Positions 19,910 through 29,028 of a DNA stretch of 64,000 nt are shown here, one piece after another. The position numbers were made by a program, and so were the translations under genes. Below the pieces are notes generated by a model. It searched no databases. It had not been told where the DNA came from and saw only the letters and a list, made by a program, of their open reading frames with translations. How positions within the stretch are numbered: the stretch's first letter is position 1; each line of letters opens with the position of its first letter. Origin of the DNA: Methanomicrobia archaeon (GTDB lineage: Archaea > Methanobacteriota_B > Thermococci > Methanofastidiosales > NM3); contig JAUVXU010000001.1 of the NCBI GenBank assembly GCA_030603445.1, forward strand, positions 43,924-107,923, in the 5' to 3' direction.

Positions 19910-20461
19910 TCACTTAATTATCCTGTGTATCATCTTAAACTCATCATTATTTGAAAGCTCTATGAAAGAGAATAGTGCTCCTTCCGTGCTTTCGATAATT
20001 GCTCCAGCCGTTTTCATGCGCTCAATCGCAATGTCTTTGTTTGAAAGCGTGCGTGATGTTACTGCATCAGCAACTACAAATACGTCGTATCCTTCCTCTA
20101 AAGCGTCAAGCACTGTCTTTGAAACGCATATATGGGCCTCAATGCCCACAACTAATAGTTGTCTCTTTCCCAGAGACTTGATCTTTTTCTTGAACGCCTC
20201 GTCCTTGAAGCAGGAAAATGCATCTTTCTCAAAATACGAATAAGATACCAAGGAATCCATTATCTCTGGGACTGTTTTGCCTACCCCCTTTGGATGCTGC
20301 TCCGTTAGGATTGTTGGAATATCAAGCACAGCGGTCCCATTAGCCAGTTTTACTATATTTTGAACTACCTCTTTTGGGGCGTCCAGTACTGGCATAAAGC
20401 GCTCCTGAACATCAATAATCACAAATACACAATCATCTCTTCTTAATTTTTTCACCATCAT
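19910..20461 (-). CDS. Isochorismatase-family cysteine hydrolase (nicotinamidase/PncA-like)
   Basis: The Asp/Lys/Cys triad is in context (VIIDVQ…, …K…, GIEAHICV). Confidence 0.85.
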   Translation of the reverse strand: MMVKKLRRDDCVFVIIDVQERFMPVLDAPKEVVQNIVKLANGTAVLDIPTILTEQHPKGVGKTVPEIMDSLVSYSYFEKDAFSCFKDEAFKKKIKSLGKRQLLVVGIEAHICVSKTVLDALEEGYDVFVVADAVTSRTLSNKDIAIERMKTAGAIIESTEGALFSFIELSNNDEFKMIHRIIK

Positions 20462-20881
20462 TTACTCACCATTTACTGTTATTATAATCTCTCTTGTGCG
20501 CGGCTTGTTGTCAAGTTCTATGAAAACTATCTGTTGCCACGTTCCAAGAGCCATTCTCCCCTTATTTAACGGGAGGGTAATTGATGGGCCCAAAAGCGAT
20601 GCACGAATGTGGGAATGCCCATTATCGTCGTGCCACATCTTGTGGTGTTCGTACTCTGCGTTGCGTGGCGCTATGCGCTCTAACGCGGCTTTCATATCTA
20701 TTACGAGGCCTGGTTCATACTCCATAGTAGTCACGCCTGCAGTAGAACCTATGACAAACACATTTACAATTCCTTCTTTTATACCAGAACGATCTACTTC
20801 AAGCCTCACAATATCTGTAACATTAAGTATATCAAGCTCCCCGGTCTTTGATAAAACAACTTTCGTACTATATACGCTCAA
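20462..20881 (-). CDS. YjbQ/UPF0047-family protein (secondary thiamine-phosphate synthase-like)
   Basis: 139 aa with …VNVFVIGSTAGVTTMEYEPGL… and HSHIRASLLGPS…, which is typical of YjbQ. Confidence 0.85.
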   Translation of the reverse strand: MSVYSTKVVLSKTGELDILNVTDIVRLEVDRSGIKEGIVNVFVIGSTAGVTTMEYEPGLVIDMKAALERIAPRNAEYEHHKMWHDDNGHSHIRASLLGPSITLPLNKGRMALGTWQQIVFIELDNKPRTREIIITVNGE

Positions 20882-21258
20882 CTTACCACCAAAAATCTCT
20901 CACGCGAAGGGAATAAAAAGTTTTTTAACATGGCGCTTAATGGCATATGAAACGGATGATAAGTTAAAATGCCTAAATAAGGTCTTTCTCGCTTCTGAGT
21001 TTTTCTATTACTGCTTGGTAAAGAAAATCAGATTTCGTCTTGTAGTACCCCTTTTTTACGAGTACCTCAATCTGTTTTTCAATTTCAGGAGGAACGCTTG
21101 TTCCTAAAGTTCTGTTTACTCTCATACAAACACCAATATATAATAACATATGTTCTATCTTAAATATTTTTTCTAAAAAACAGGGTTATGTTAACATATA
21201 TTTCCCAATAAATAATAAAATATCATGAAAAAAGAAAAAAGAGAGGTGTGTGAAATGC

Positions 21259-21543
21259 TCAATATGAAAGCATGTTGTGCATTACTGCACTGTGGCCTGT
21301 GTTAGTAAGTTTCGTTATGAAACAAGAAGACAAGCCTTCTAATTTATCCACATAACCTCTTTTTTCGAGTAGTTCGATGTAGGGCCTAAGTTCTTCGGTT
21401 GCCATATCTAGTCTTGCTCTTAGTATGCTTGACCCAACAAAGTAGGCAGGTTCTTTCTTATATTGTTCTTCTAACAACATAAGAATTTTTTCTAATCTTA
21501 TATCTTTTTTCATAGATACACCTAAATATAATATAATATTCAT
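21259..21543 (-). CDS. Small winged-helix protein, hypothetical regulator
   Basis: 94 aa with weak wHTH character. It is poorly supported. Confidence 0.35.
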   Translation of the reverse strand: MNIILYLGVSMKKDIRLEKILMLLEEQYKKEPAYFVGSSILRARLDMATEELRPYIELLEKRGYVDKLEGLSSCFITKLTNTGHSAVMHNMLSY

Positions 21544-21672
21544 ATTATTTAAATTTATTCCATATATAATCCTATAAAATAGAAATATAAGAATAATATT
21601 CCTATACTACAAAACATTATACAATATAACACCCAATAAAAATAATAAGTAAAATTATGTGCAATCAAGTGC

Positions 21673-24600
21673 CTAAGGCCCGAAATCTGCAAGAGTCATC
21701 TGCGTTACCTTCTCCTTGAAAACAGATTCAAGCTCTTTTTCGATTATATCAATGCGCTGCGCTATGTATGGATCAATTTTATAATTCCTAATAATGTCCT
21801 TGCTAACCTGCAAATACTTCTCAACAGATCCTTTCGATACTGTGAGCACCAAGCGTCCACCATAACATTTGCTGCACTTTCCAGATAGGGGTATACGCCG
21901 ATATATAGTATTACAGCTAACACAGCGAAAAGTCTGCTTTGAAAAGGAGCGCAAATTCCCTATAATGTCTGGTATGAAATGTGAAACTATGACCCGTTGC
22001 GCCGTATCATCTAGATCCACAGCACGTATCTTGCGTGCAAGCTCCAGCTGCGCATCTATTTTTTCTGCCATAGATCCGAGTGTCTTGTATGCCGAGACGC
22101 TTGGGCCATCAGCTATATCACGTGTTGGGAGCGTGTAATGCAAATTGTAAAGTGCCTTTTCACTTCCTAAATGGTCAGCAACTGTTGGCAAAGAACACTT
22201 TGAGGGGTGGATGTACTGCTGCGTCTGTTCATAAAATGACACTGGATAACGCCTTGAGGTATCTATATTATATGCCTCCTTATCAATTTCCTCGGGGTCT
22301 ATTCTGGTAGTTAACACAAGAGGGGCATCCATCTTTCCTCCCCTATGCACAGGTAAGTAGTGTCGTGAAAAATTTAACAATGCATCTAACAAAAGAATGA
22401 TTGCATCCTCATCTCCATCACAATTGCGCCGCTTGGATGCGTGGAAGAATGGATGGGCATAGCCCACCTTTGCGCAAGTGTATCCTATTATGCGCCCTAA
22501 TACTCCTGCAGATGTGTGTGGAGCAAGCCCTATTACAAGATGCCCTACTAGATCTTCTCGATTTTCTGTATTGTAAAATCGTGGGAGTTTGTATACTCGC
22601 TCCAGTAAATCGTCAATAAAAGAACAGCATTTTAAGAGATAATCTGCGCCATTGTCCGAAACTATGATATCTTGCACCTTTAGCTCCACTACCTGTTCTT
22701 CACTTGAAAGTGGTTTACCTGCTTCATCAACAGTATACCCCAATTCGCGCATCTTGTTAACTGATGTACTTATCTCCTGAGGGGTAACGTGAGTAACAGG
22801 GACATCCGTGGCATCAAATCTCATGGTCCCGTCCTTGAACACATAAACATGATTATGTGCGCGTAGTATCGCCTTTTCTATGGGTTCCGGGAACTTTTCA
22901 CCAGACATCATGCCAATTACGCCCTTGACCTCTTTTGGCATTGCAATACTTAGGCCCGTGATAGCCTGATTCATCTCAGTCTTGATGTCGATGTTTTGGT
23001 AGGAATAATCGGACATATTTCTGCCGCAAGAAGGGCATTGTTCTATCTTGGTGTCAAATATCTTGCTCTTTCCCATATTGCAATGTTTATTGTTGCATGC
23101 TGCGAACGGAATTGTTTCTTCGCCGCAAGAGGGACATATAAGCTTCGGTATTATTTTCTTGCATGATGGGCACTGCCTGTTTGACACTTCAACGCGTACA
23201 TAGTTATTTTCCCTTGCCTTTATAAGTGAACGTGTCTTGCCGCCAGCATGCCCGACAGGTATCAGGCCATGTACTGGAGGAGACATTGTTCGCTCCTTTG
23301 CTTTCTCCGGGCGCCCCATTCTCCCGCCGACTGTTATAGGGCATTTTGAGCGCATCATTATTCCCAGTGTCTTGCCGATTGCTTCAATCACTATCTCGCT
23401 CTCTGACTTCCCCTCAAGGGATATTAGTGGTATAATATCATCAAATTTCTCTTTGTTGACGCATCTTCTGAAAGTCTCTGATTCTATTGTTATGCCATCT
23501 TTTGTTACAATATGCGGCAGACATATTTTTTCAAGCAGTTCCTTTTCCTTGGACAGAGGGAGCAATAGATTTTCGTTCTTTACAACGCCTTTAGAACACC
23601 AATCGATCAGTTCTCTAAGCTCCTCTAAATTAACATCTTCCCAATGGTATGTGAACCGAGGGTGTAAAGGTATCCCTAACTCCTCAGATATCTTCAACGC
23701 ATCCTTCTCACCAATATCAAATGGATTGTCTATGTATCTCTGATACTTTCTTGAGGCATCGGCTTCTTCAAGTTCCTGCACCCACCACTCCTCCACATAC
23801 CCTGAAGGCACTAGTACGTGGTTATTCTCCAAAAACTCGCCATACCCTATGAGGGCGTCCCCAAGAAACAGTATCTCGTCCACCTTGTCGCATATTTCCT
23901 GTGCCTGTTTTGAGGTCTCTACCCTAAGAACGCTGCCGTTTCTTAACTTTACGATCGGGCCCTCTATGGAGTCGACCGGGGCCGTGACGTTGGCCTTACC
24001 TGGTCTTTCGGTCTTCATCTGCGTCCCTATGGCAAGAAAAGAGTCCACTAAGTACATAGTTGCAGGATGTATGCCCCATCCTGCAAAACCAGTGTTTCGC
24101 GAACGCCCATATCTGATGCGCATCCCCTCTCTAGCCATTGGGTGTGAAAATACGGGTCTGCCGGCAATGATATCCTTTAGATATGTCCAGTTTTCAGAAA
24201 CGCCCCCAACTTCTGCCTTTTTGGACTTCTTACTAGTGCCTACATCCTTGAGCCAGTCCCATCCAACTATAGATACCTTGGACGTTATCTTTAGAACCTT
24301 AGCCGACTTTTGCAATATGCCCTCACAAAGTGCGAGCATTGCCCCTCCACGAAGGCAGTTTGTTTCAATGCGGGGCAGGTCCCTGTGTCCTGTTGCTTCA
24401 ATGTTATCGGTCTTCTCGCCAGTTATCTCAACCCCAATGTTCTCAAGAGCCATCTTCACGTCCTCGCTAGGTGGTTTATACTGCAGGTGAACGCTCCTGT
24501 TATACAACTCGACCTCTTCAATGAAACGTTCTACTTCGTCCTGAGTTACCTTATATGGATCTAGGTGTAGTTTCTGGCGCACGTAATCAGCTATTAGCAC

Positions 24601-25074
24601 CGCCATAGCAGCTGCAGTTCCGCCAGCAGAACGTATTGGGCCAGCAAAGTATATGGCAAGGTACTTTGAATTATCTGAGTTCTCCTTTATCCTTACGCTG
24701 GCTATTCCCTCAAGCGGGGCTGACACTATCCCCTCGGTAAGTATTGCTAGAGCTGTGCGTACTGCCTGCTCTGCTGCTTTTTCTATTGGAAGTGAATCAA
24801 ATTCTCCCTGGCAGATGCGGCCAGCAACCTTAAACGACACCTCCTCACGGGAGATGCCACTGTTGTCAAGTTCTCTAATTAATGCCGCAACGTCGCTTGG
24901 CCCTACAAGACTCTCCACTCGGCTTGCCATATCTTTTGCAACAGGGATCTCGACTTCAAACGATGGATCGCGCCCTTTTTTACGTGCATCTCTGGCTACT
25001 TTATAAAGGATCTCAGCCTCATGTTCTAGCAAAGAAAAATAAGATTCATACGACATTCCCATATCAGTCACCAA
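21673..25074 (-). CDS. polD2: DNA polymerase II (family D) large catalytic subunit DP2
   Basis: 1133 aa with the DP2 Cys clusters (CPSCKK…CPSCGEE, CVSCN…CSKCYGGRL). It is collinear with archaeal PolD large subunits. The size argues against an intein. Confidence 0.95.
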   Translation of the reverse strand: MVTDMGMSYESYFSLLEHEAEILYKVARDARKKGRDPSFEVEIPVAKDMASRVESLVGPSDVAALIRELDNSGISREEVSFKVAGRICQGEFDSLPIEKAAEQAVRTALAILTEGIVSAPLEGIASVRIKENSDNSKYLAIYFAGPIRSAGGTAAAMAVLIADYVRQKLHLDPYKVTQDEVERFIEEVELYNRSVHLQYKPPSEDVKMALENIGVEITGEKTDNIEATGHRDLPRIETNCLRGGAMLALCEGILQKSAKVLKITSKVSIVGWDWLKDVGTSKKSKKAEVGGVSENWTYLKDIIAGRPVFSHPMAREGMRIRYGRSRNTGFAGWGIHPATMYLVDSFLAIGTQMKTERPGKANVTAPVDSIEGPIVKLRNGSVLRVETSKQAQEICDKVDEILFLGDALIGYGEFLENNHVLVPSGYVEEWWVQELEEADASRKYQRYIDNPFDIGEKDALKISEELGIPLHPRFTYHWEDVNLEELRELIDWCSKGVVKNENLLLPLSKEKELLEKICLPHIVTKDGITIESETFRRCVNKEKFDDIIPLISLEGKSESEIVIEAIGKTLGIMMRSKCPITVGGRMGRPEKAKERTMSPPVHGLIPVGHAGGKTRSLIKARENNYVRVEVSNRQCPSCKKIIPKLICPSCGEETIPFAACNNKHCNMGKSKIFDTKIEQCPSCGRNMSDYSYQNIDIKTEMNQAITGLSIAMPKEVKGVIGMMSGEKFPEPIEKAILRAHNHVYVFKDGTMRFDATDVPVTHVTPQEISTSVNKMRELGYTVDEAGKPLSSEEQVVELKVQDIIVSDNGADYLLKCCSFIDDLLERVYKLPRFYNTENREDLVGHLVIGLAPHTSAGVLGRIIGYTCAKVGYAHPFFHASKRRNCDGDEDAIILLLDALLNFSRHYLPVHRGGKMDAPLVLTTRIDPEEIDKEAYNIDTSRRYPVSFYEQTQQYIHPSKCSLPTVADHLGSEKALYNLHYTLPTRDIADGPSVSAYKTLGSMAEKIDAQLELARKIRAVDLDDTAQRVIVSHFIPDIIGNLRSFSKQTFRCVSCNTIYRRIPLSGKCSKCYGGRLVLTVSKGSVEKYLQVSKDIIRNYKIDPYIAQRIDIIEKELESVFKEKVTQMTLADFGP

Positions 25075-26635
25075 AGTTCATTAAGACAAGGTTGTGTGTT
25101 TGTAAATTTATTATGGGGACCTTGGCCACATCAGGCGTTATGTTTCTCATCTTCTGAAAGCTCGTCTGTGACTGCCAACCACCAGAATTTATAAGAGTAA
25201 CGCCGCGATACACCCCATTTCCATTCATGTGGGTATGTCCTGTCTGAAAGATGTCTGGTGTTTCATCTATGCAAAGATAATCGCTGGTCTCAGGAATTAT
25301 CTGCGTCCCTTTCCCATATACAGGCGCAAGATGCCTCTTTCGCAGCATCTCTATCATGGGGGGGATAGGCTTGTTAATCTCGAAACCCGGGACTTGTGAA
25401 AGAAAGTCAAATATCGAGTCGCCATGGTACGCAAGACACTTTACGCCGTGTAGCGAGAAAAAAGAAGGATTAGACACCATATGTATGTTATCCATATCGT
25501 AAAGGTCGTAGGCAAACGCTTTTGGGATAGGTATTTGGGGATTCCCGCTTCTTGTGGCATCGTGATTTCCTGGCGATACTATAACTTCTATCCAATCGGG
25601 GAGATACGATAGCAGCTGTGCCGTTTTCTCATACTGTTTGTATATGTCAGTAATGCAGAGCTCCTTATCCTGATTGGGGTATATGCCAACCCCATCAACA
25701 ACGTCGCCGCAGATAACTATATACTTTATCTTTGATGCTATCTCTTGCTGTTTCTCGTTGCCTGTCTCTAGGCGCAGCCATTTGATGAAGCGCAAAAAAG
25801 ATTTTTCCATAAAATTATTGCTTCCAACATGCACATCTGAAGTGAACACCGCACCAATGTCATAAGGGGATACATTACGATTCCTGCCAAGTGCAATATC
25901 TGGGAATTCGAAGTTATTTGAAAATATTATATCTTCCCCCAACGCCCCAGAAACACCTATAACCTCATCGCACACAATGTACTTTGCACGTTCTAATAAG
26001 CGTTCCTTCTTCGTAGAAACAAGAACTTTTATCGTACCGGAAAGATCCTCAAGCTCCAACATTACGTTTCCGTTCTTAGTTGTCTTCTTACTTCGCACAA
26101 TACCGACTATCTTCACCTGCGATTTTAGTTCATTGGCCTTTGCATTTTTGATACTGACGAAATCGCGAAGTTCTCTGTGTTGCTTGAATATCTTAGATAT
26201 TCGTGTGTAACGATCCTTAAAAAGAGAGAGAAAATCCTCAAATTTTCCTTCAGAATCATCTTTTCCCGACACATCCTTAATAATCTTAATATCCTTATCT
26301 ACGTCCTTTGAAGGTATATGCTTTACTTTTATAGATTTTCTCTTTTTCTCGCTTTTGGGGACCTCGTCGGGAAGTTCTGCTCTTTGTTCCACTGATTCTT
26401 TTTGCTGTCCTGATTCTATACGTGGATAGAAATAATCCTCATAAACGTCTTTTGTAACAATAAATATATTATTTTTCTTCAAATGTGTCATGAATTCTAG
26501 AATAATATCTTCATTTGCTGCATCCTCAAGAAATTTAGCATATGCCTCTTCATTAAGAAGTACACCTTCGTCAAGGAACATGCCTGGTATGTTAATTTTA
26601 CAACTTTGTGTTGATGCCATAAGCCCTCTGCCCAC
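25064..26635 (-). CDS. polD1: DNA polymerase II (family D) small subunit DP1 (Mre11-like calcineurin phosphoesterase exonuclease)
   Basis: It has an OB-fold and a phosphoesterase domain with the metallophosphatase motifs (DVHVGS, GDVVDG, GNHD, GHTH). It overlaps dp2 by 11 nt and orc1 by 1 nt. Confidence 0.95.
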   Translation of the reverse strand: MGRGLMASTQSCKINIPGMFLDEGVLLNEEAYAKFLEDAANEDIILEFMTHLKKNNIFIVTKDVYEDYFYPRIESGQQKESVEQRAELPDEVPKSEKKRKSIKVKHIPSKDVDKDIKIIKDVSGKDDSEGKFEDFLSLFKDRYTRISKIFKQHRELRDFVSIKNAKANELKSQVKIVGIVRSKKTTKNGNVMLELEDLSGTIKVLVSTKKERLLERAKYIVCDEVIGVSGALGEDIIFSNNFEFPDIALGRNRNVSPYDIGAVFTSDVHVGSNNFMEKSFLRFIKWLRLETGNEKQQEIASKIKYIVICGDVVDGVGIYPNQDKELCITDIYKQYEKTAQLLSYLPDWIEVIVSPGNHDATRSGNPQIPIPKAFAYDLYDMDNIHMVSNPSFFSLHGVKCLAYHGDSIFDFLSQVPGFEINKPIPPMIEMLRKRHLAPVYGKGTQIIPETSDYLCIDETPDIFQTGHTHMNGNGVYRGVTLINSGGWQSQTSFQKMRNITPDVAKVPIINLQTHNLVLMNFGD

Positions 26636-27954
26636 TAAAGTTTATGCTGTATCGGGGGCACGTATGTAGCAACACGCTCTATTTTTCTGTCAAGCTCTAG
26701 AACACGTTTGGCTTGGGTGACCGGAACGCCCATACGTATTTCTTTAGTGCGGCCGTAGCGCCCTTTACTAACAACTTTTGCATTTAATATGCCTAGCATA
26801 TCTAGCTCGGATATAATATCAGATATTCTTCGCTGCGTCAATATCTCGCTTGAAGAAAGCTTACACAAGTCACGATAGACTGTATAGACCTCCCCAGTAG
26901 AAATTCCAGAAGGTTCATATTTTTCTAGTAATATACAGGAGTATAAAACAAGCTTTGATTGTATCGGCAGCGTTTTAACGACTTCTACTATTCTGTCCTG
27001 TTCTATATGGTCCTTTGCCTCACGTACATGTTTCTCGGTGATCCTTTTGCTTTTCTCGCGCTCTGCCAGTTCTCCTGCAACCCTGAAAAGATCAAGTGCA
27101 CGTCTAGCATCTCCATGCTCCTGGGCAGCATATGCAGAGCATAACGGTACTACACCAGTATCTATTAAATTAATTGACCTGCAAGACATCTTCGCACGTT
27201 GTGTGAGTATGTCCTGAAGCTGTATGGCGTCGTATGGCGGAAACACTATCTCCTCTTCCCCAAGCGAGCTTCGTACACGAGGATCCAGAAATTCTATGAA
27301 GTTGAGGTCGTTTGTTATACCGATAATGCTAACGCGCGCGTTAACAAGATCAGAGTTTACGCGTGTAAGGTTATATAATACTTCATCGCTCCCCTTTCGA
27401 AGCAATCTATCGATCTCATCGAGAACTATTATGACCAGGCGCTTTTCGCGATCCAGTGTTGAAAAGAACGTGTCATACACCTTATCCGTGGGCCACCCTG
27501 TTAAGGGTATGGACTGCCCAAAATATTCACCCAACTTCGCCAAAAGACGGTATTGTGTATCAACTATTTCACAGTTCATATAAATAAACCAGACTGGATA
27601 ATCATTATCAGTAACAGCAGAGTAGTCGGGAACTATATTATTGTCTCGAAAAGTCTTTGAAAAGAATTTCCCGCCGATCTTTTTGACAAGTGCTTTGCCA
27701 ATATGTTTAACAACAGCTGTTTTTCCAGTACCTGTCTTTCCATACACAAATATATTAGAAGGCGTTTCTCCCTTGAAAACGGATACTAGTATAGCTGCTA
27801 CCTCTTCTATTTGACGCTGTCTATGAGGTAGTTGATCAGGCGTATAAGAATGACGTAAAACCTCTTTATTAATAAAAATGCGTTCATTGCTTAAAAGTTC
27901 ATCAAATAAACAGTCTAGACTCTTTTGGTTGTTCATCATTGCACCTGGTTCCAC
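26635..27954 (-). CDS. orc1: Orc1/Cdc6 replication initiator
   Basis: AAA+ fold with Walker A YGKTGTGKTA, Walker B IIVLDEID, and a C-terminal winged helix. It is adjacent to the ORB-containing origin. Confidence 0.95.
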   Translation of the reverse strand: MEPGAMMNNQKSLDCLFDELLSNERIFINKEVLRHSYTPDQLPHRQRQIEEVAAILVSVFKGETPSNIFVYGKTGTGKTAVVKHIGKALVKKIGGKFFSKTFRDNNIVPDYSAVTDNDYPVWFIYMNCEIVDTQYRLLAKLGEYFGQSIPLTGWPTDKVYDTFFSTLDREKRLVIIVLDEIDRLLRKGSDEVLYNLTRVNSDLVNARVSIIGITNDLNFIEFLDPRVRSSLGEEEIVFPPYDAIQLQDILTQRAKMSCRSINLIDTGVVPLCSAYAAQEHGDARRALDLFRVAGELAEREKSKRITEKHVREAKDHIEQDRIVEVVKTLPIQSKLVLYSCILLEKYEPSGISTGEVYTVYRDLCKLSSSEILTQRRISDIISELDMLGILNAKVVSKGRYGRTKEIRMGVPVTQAKRVLELDRKIERVATYVPPIQHKL

Positions 27955-28292
27955 TAGAAACGGTCCTTTTTATATATTTCCTCTACCCCTTTGTTTCCAA
28001 TGGAAAATTATAATAGAACACCATATTATAAGATATTTTAAGATATTATTAAATGAGGCAGTCCTTCATTTCCAGTGGAACATTTTTTACGAAATTTGGT
28101 TGATTTGCGCTTCAGAAAATGTAATTGCGAAAACTATTTATAGATAGAATGAAATAAGCTTTTAGAACCTTTTTTTATTACAATAATAAAGCATTAAAAA
28201 ATCTTTTTATTATTCTACTCCACTGGAAACGAAGGGGTAGGGGTCAAGCATAATTTAAAAAGGTTTATTAACTAAAATATATTATAAATCGT
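27955..28292. other. Chromosomal replication origin (oriC): inverted ORB elements flanking an AT-rich duplex-unwinding element
   Basis: There is a mini-ORB GTTTCCAATGGAAAA (27993–28007). ORB at 28058–28082 reads, on the minus strand, GTTCCACTGGAAATGAAGGAC. ORB at 28218–28245 reads CTCCACTGGAAACGAAGGGGTAGGGGTC on the plus strand. Between them lies about 130 bp of more than 75% A+T. This is the canonical archaeal origin architecture directly upstream of orc1/cdc6. Confidence 0.8.
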
Positions 28293-28943
28293 ATGGACAA
28301 TTTGTCGGAGAAAAAATCCCTCAATCATTTTCTTCTTGTTCCACACGGCATTAAGTTATATTCTGGGAAGATAGGTTGTTCGAATATAGATGCATACGAT
28401 GCTACGTCTATCATATTTAAAAATATTTTAAAATGGATTTTTGTGGATTATAATATAAAGGAATTCTCATTTATTGGGTTAACATTAAATGCGATGCAGA
28501 CTAGAAGTGCGGAAGAATTAACACCAATTATGGAAGTCGAGTCCACAACATATGAAGATCCTGATTTAGTATCGTTTCTAATGGAGAATCAAATTAAGGT
28601 AACGTTCAAAGGAAACTTCTCTAAACTTCCAAAATATTATAGACGTGCCATGAAGAATATTACAAAGCTCACGGAAAATCACATGGCCCACAAGCTCAAT
28701 ATTTTAGTTGGATATGGCCTTGGCAAAAAAAGTCTTTTTTCAAAGATAAAAAAGAAGCTTTTTAGGGATATTTTTACAAGCGACCCTCCCGACCTAATGG
28801 TAAGCACTGCAGGTAGAGATTTTAGTATTATTTTGGAGAAAATTCCCAAGACTACAAAGACGCTAGTAGTTGATACTATTTTTCCAGAGCTAACGCAGCA
28901 GAATATAAAATCTTTTGTTGATTATTATTTTGCTACACCCTAA
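28293..28943 (+). CDS. Cis-prenyltransferase (UPPS)-fold protein lacking the catalytic DGNRRWA motif (possible non-catalytic NgBR/Nus1-like subunit)
   Basis: 216 aa, collinear with UPPS. HFLLVPHGIKLYSGK replaces H.AIIMDGNGRWA. FIGLTLNAMQTRSAEELTPIMEV corresponds to LTLYAFSSENWNRPAQEVSALMEL. The C-terminal DPPDLMVSTAGRDFSIIL corresponds to PVDLVIRTGGEHRISNFL. This is homology by eye only. Confidence 0.45.
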   Translation: MDNLSEKKSLNHFLLVPHGIKLYSGKIGCSNIDAYDATSIIFKNILKWIFVDYNIKEFSFIGLTLNAMQTRSAEELTPIMEVESTTYEDPDLVSFLMENQIKVTFKGNFSKLPKYYRRAMKNITKLTENHMAHKLNILVGYGLGKKSLFSKIKKKLFRDIFTSDPPDLMVSTAGRDFSIILEKIPKTTKTLVVDTIFPELTQQNIKSFVDYYFATP

Positions 28944-29028
28944 GCACGCAGGATTTATGCAGGGGCTTTTCGAGTTAACGCTTGCTAAATTAAGTAGTAG
29001 CCATACGCTGAAATAGGAAGTCGTTCAT

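Noticed and set aside
22080-24564. Long ORFs antisense to DP2 (e.g. 23237–23743, 23849–24490)
   Set aside because: They sit inside the conserved polD2 CDS on the opposite strand, with Ser/Pro-rich low-complexity translations typical of shadow frames.
21673-27954. Inteins in DP2, DP1 or Orc1
   Set aside because: The protein lengths (1133, 523, 439 aa) fit intein-free versions, and there are no Hint/LAGLIDADG blocks.
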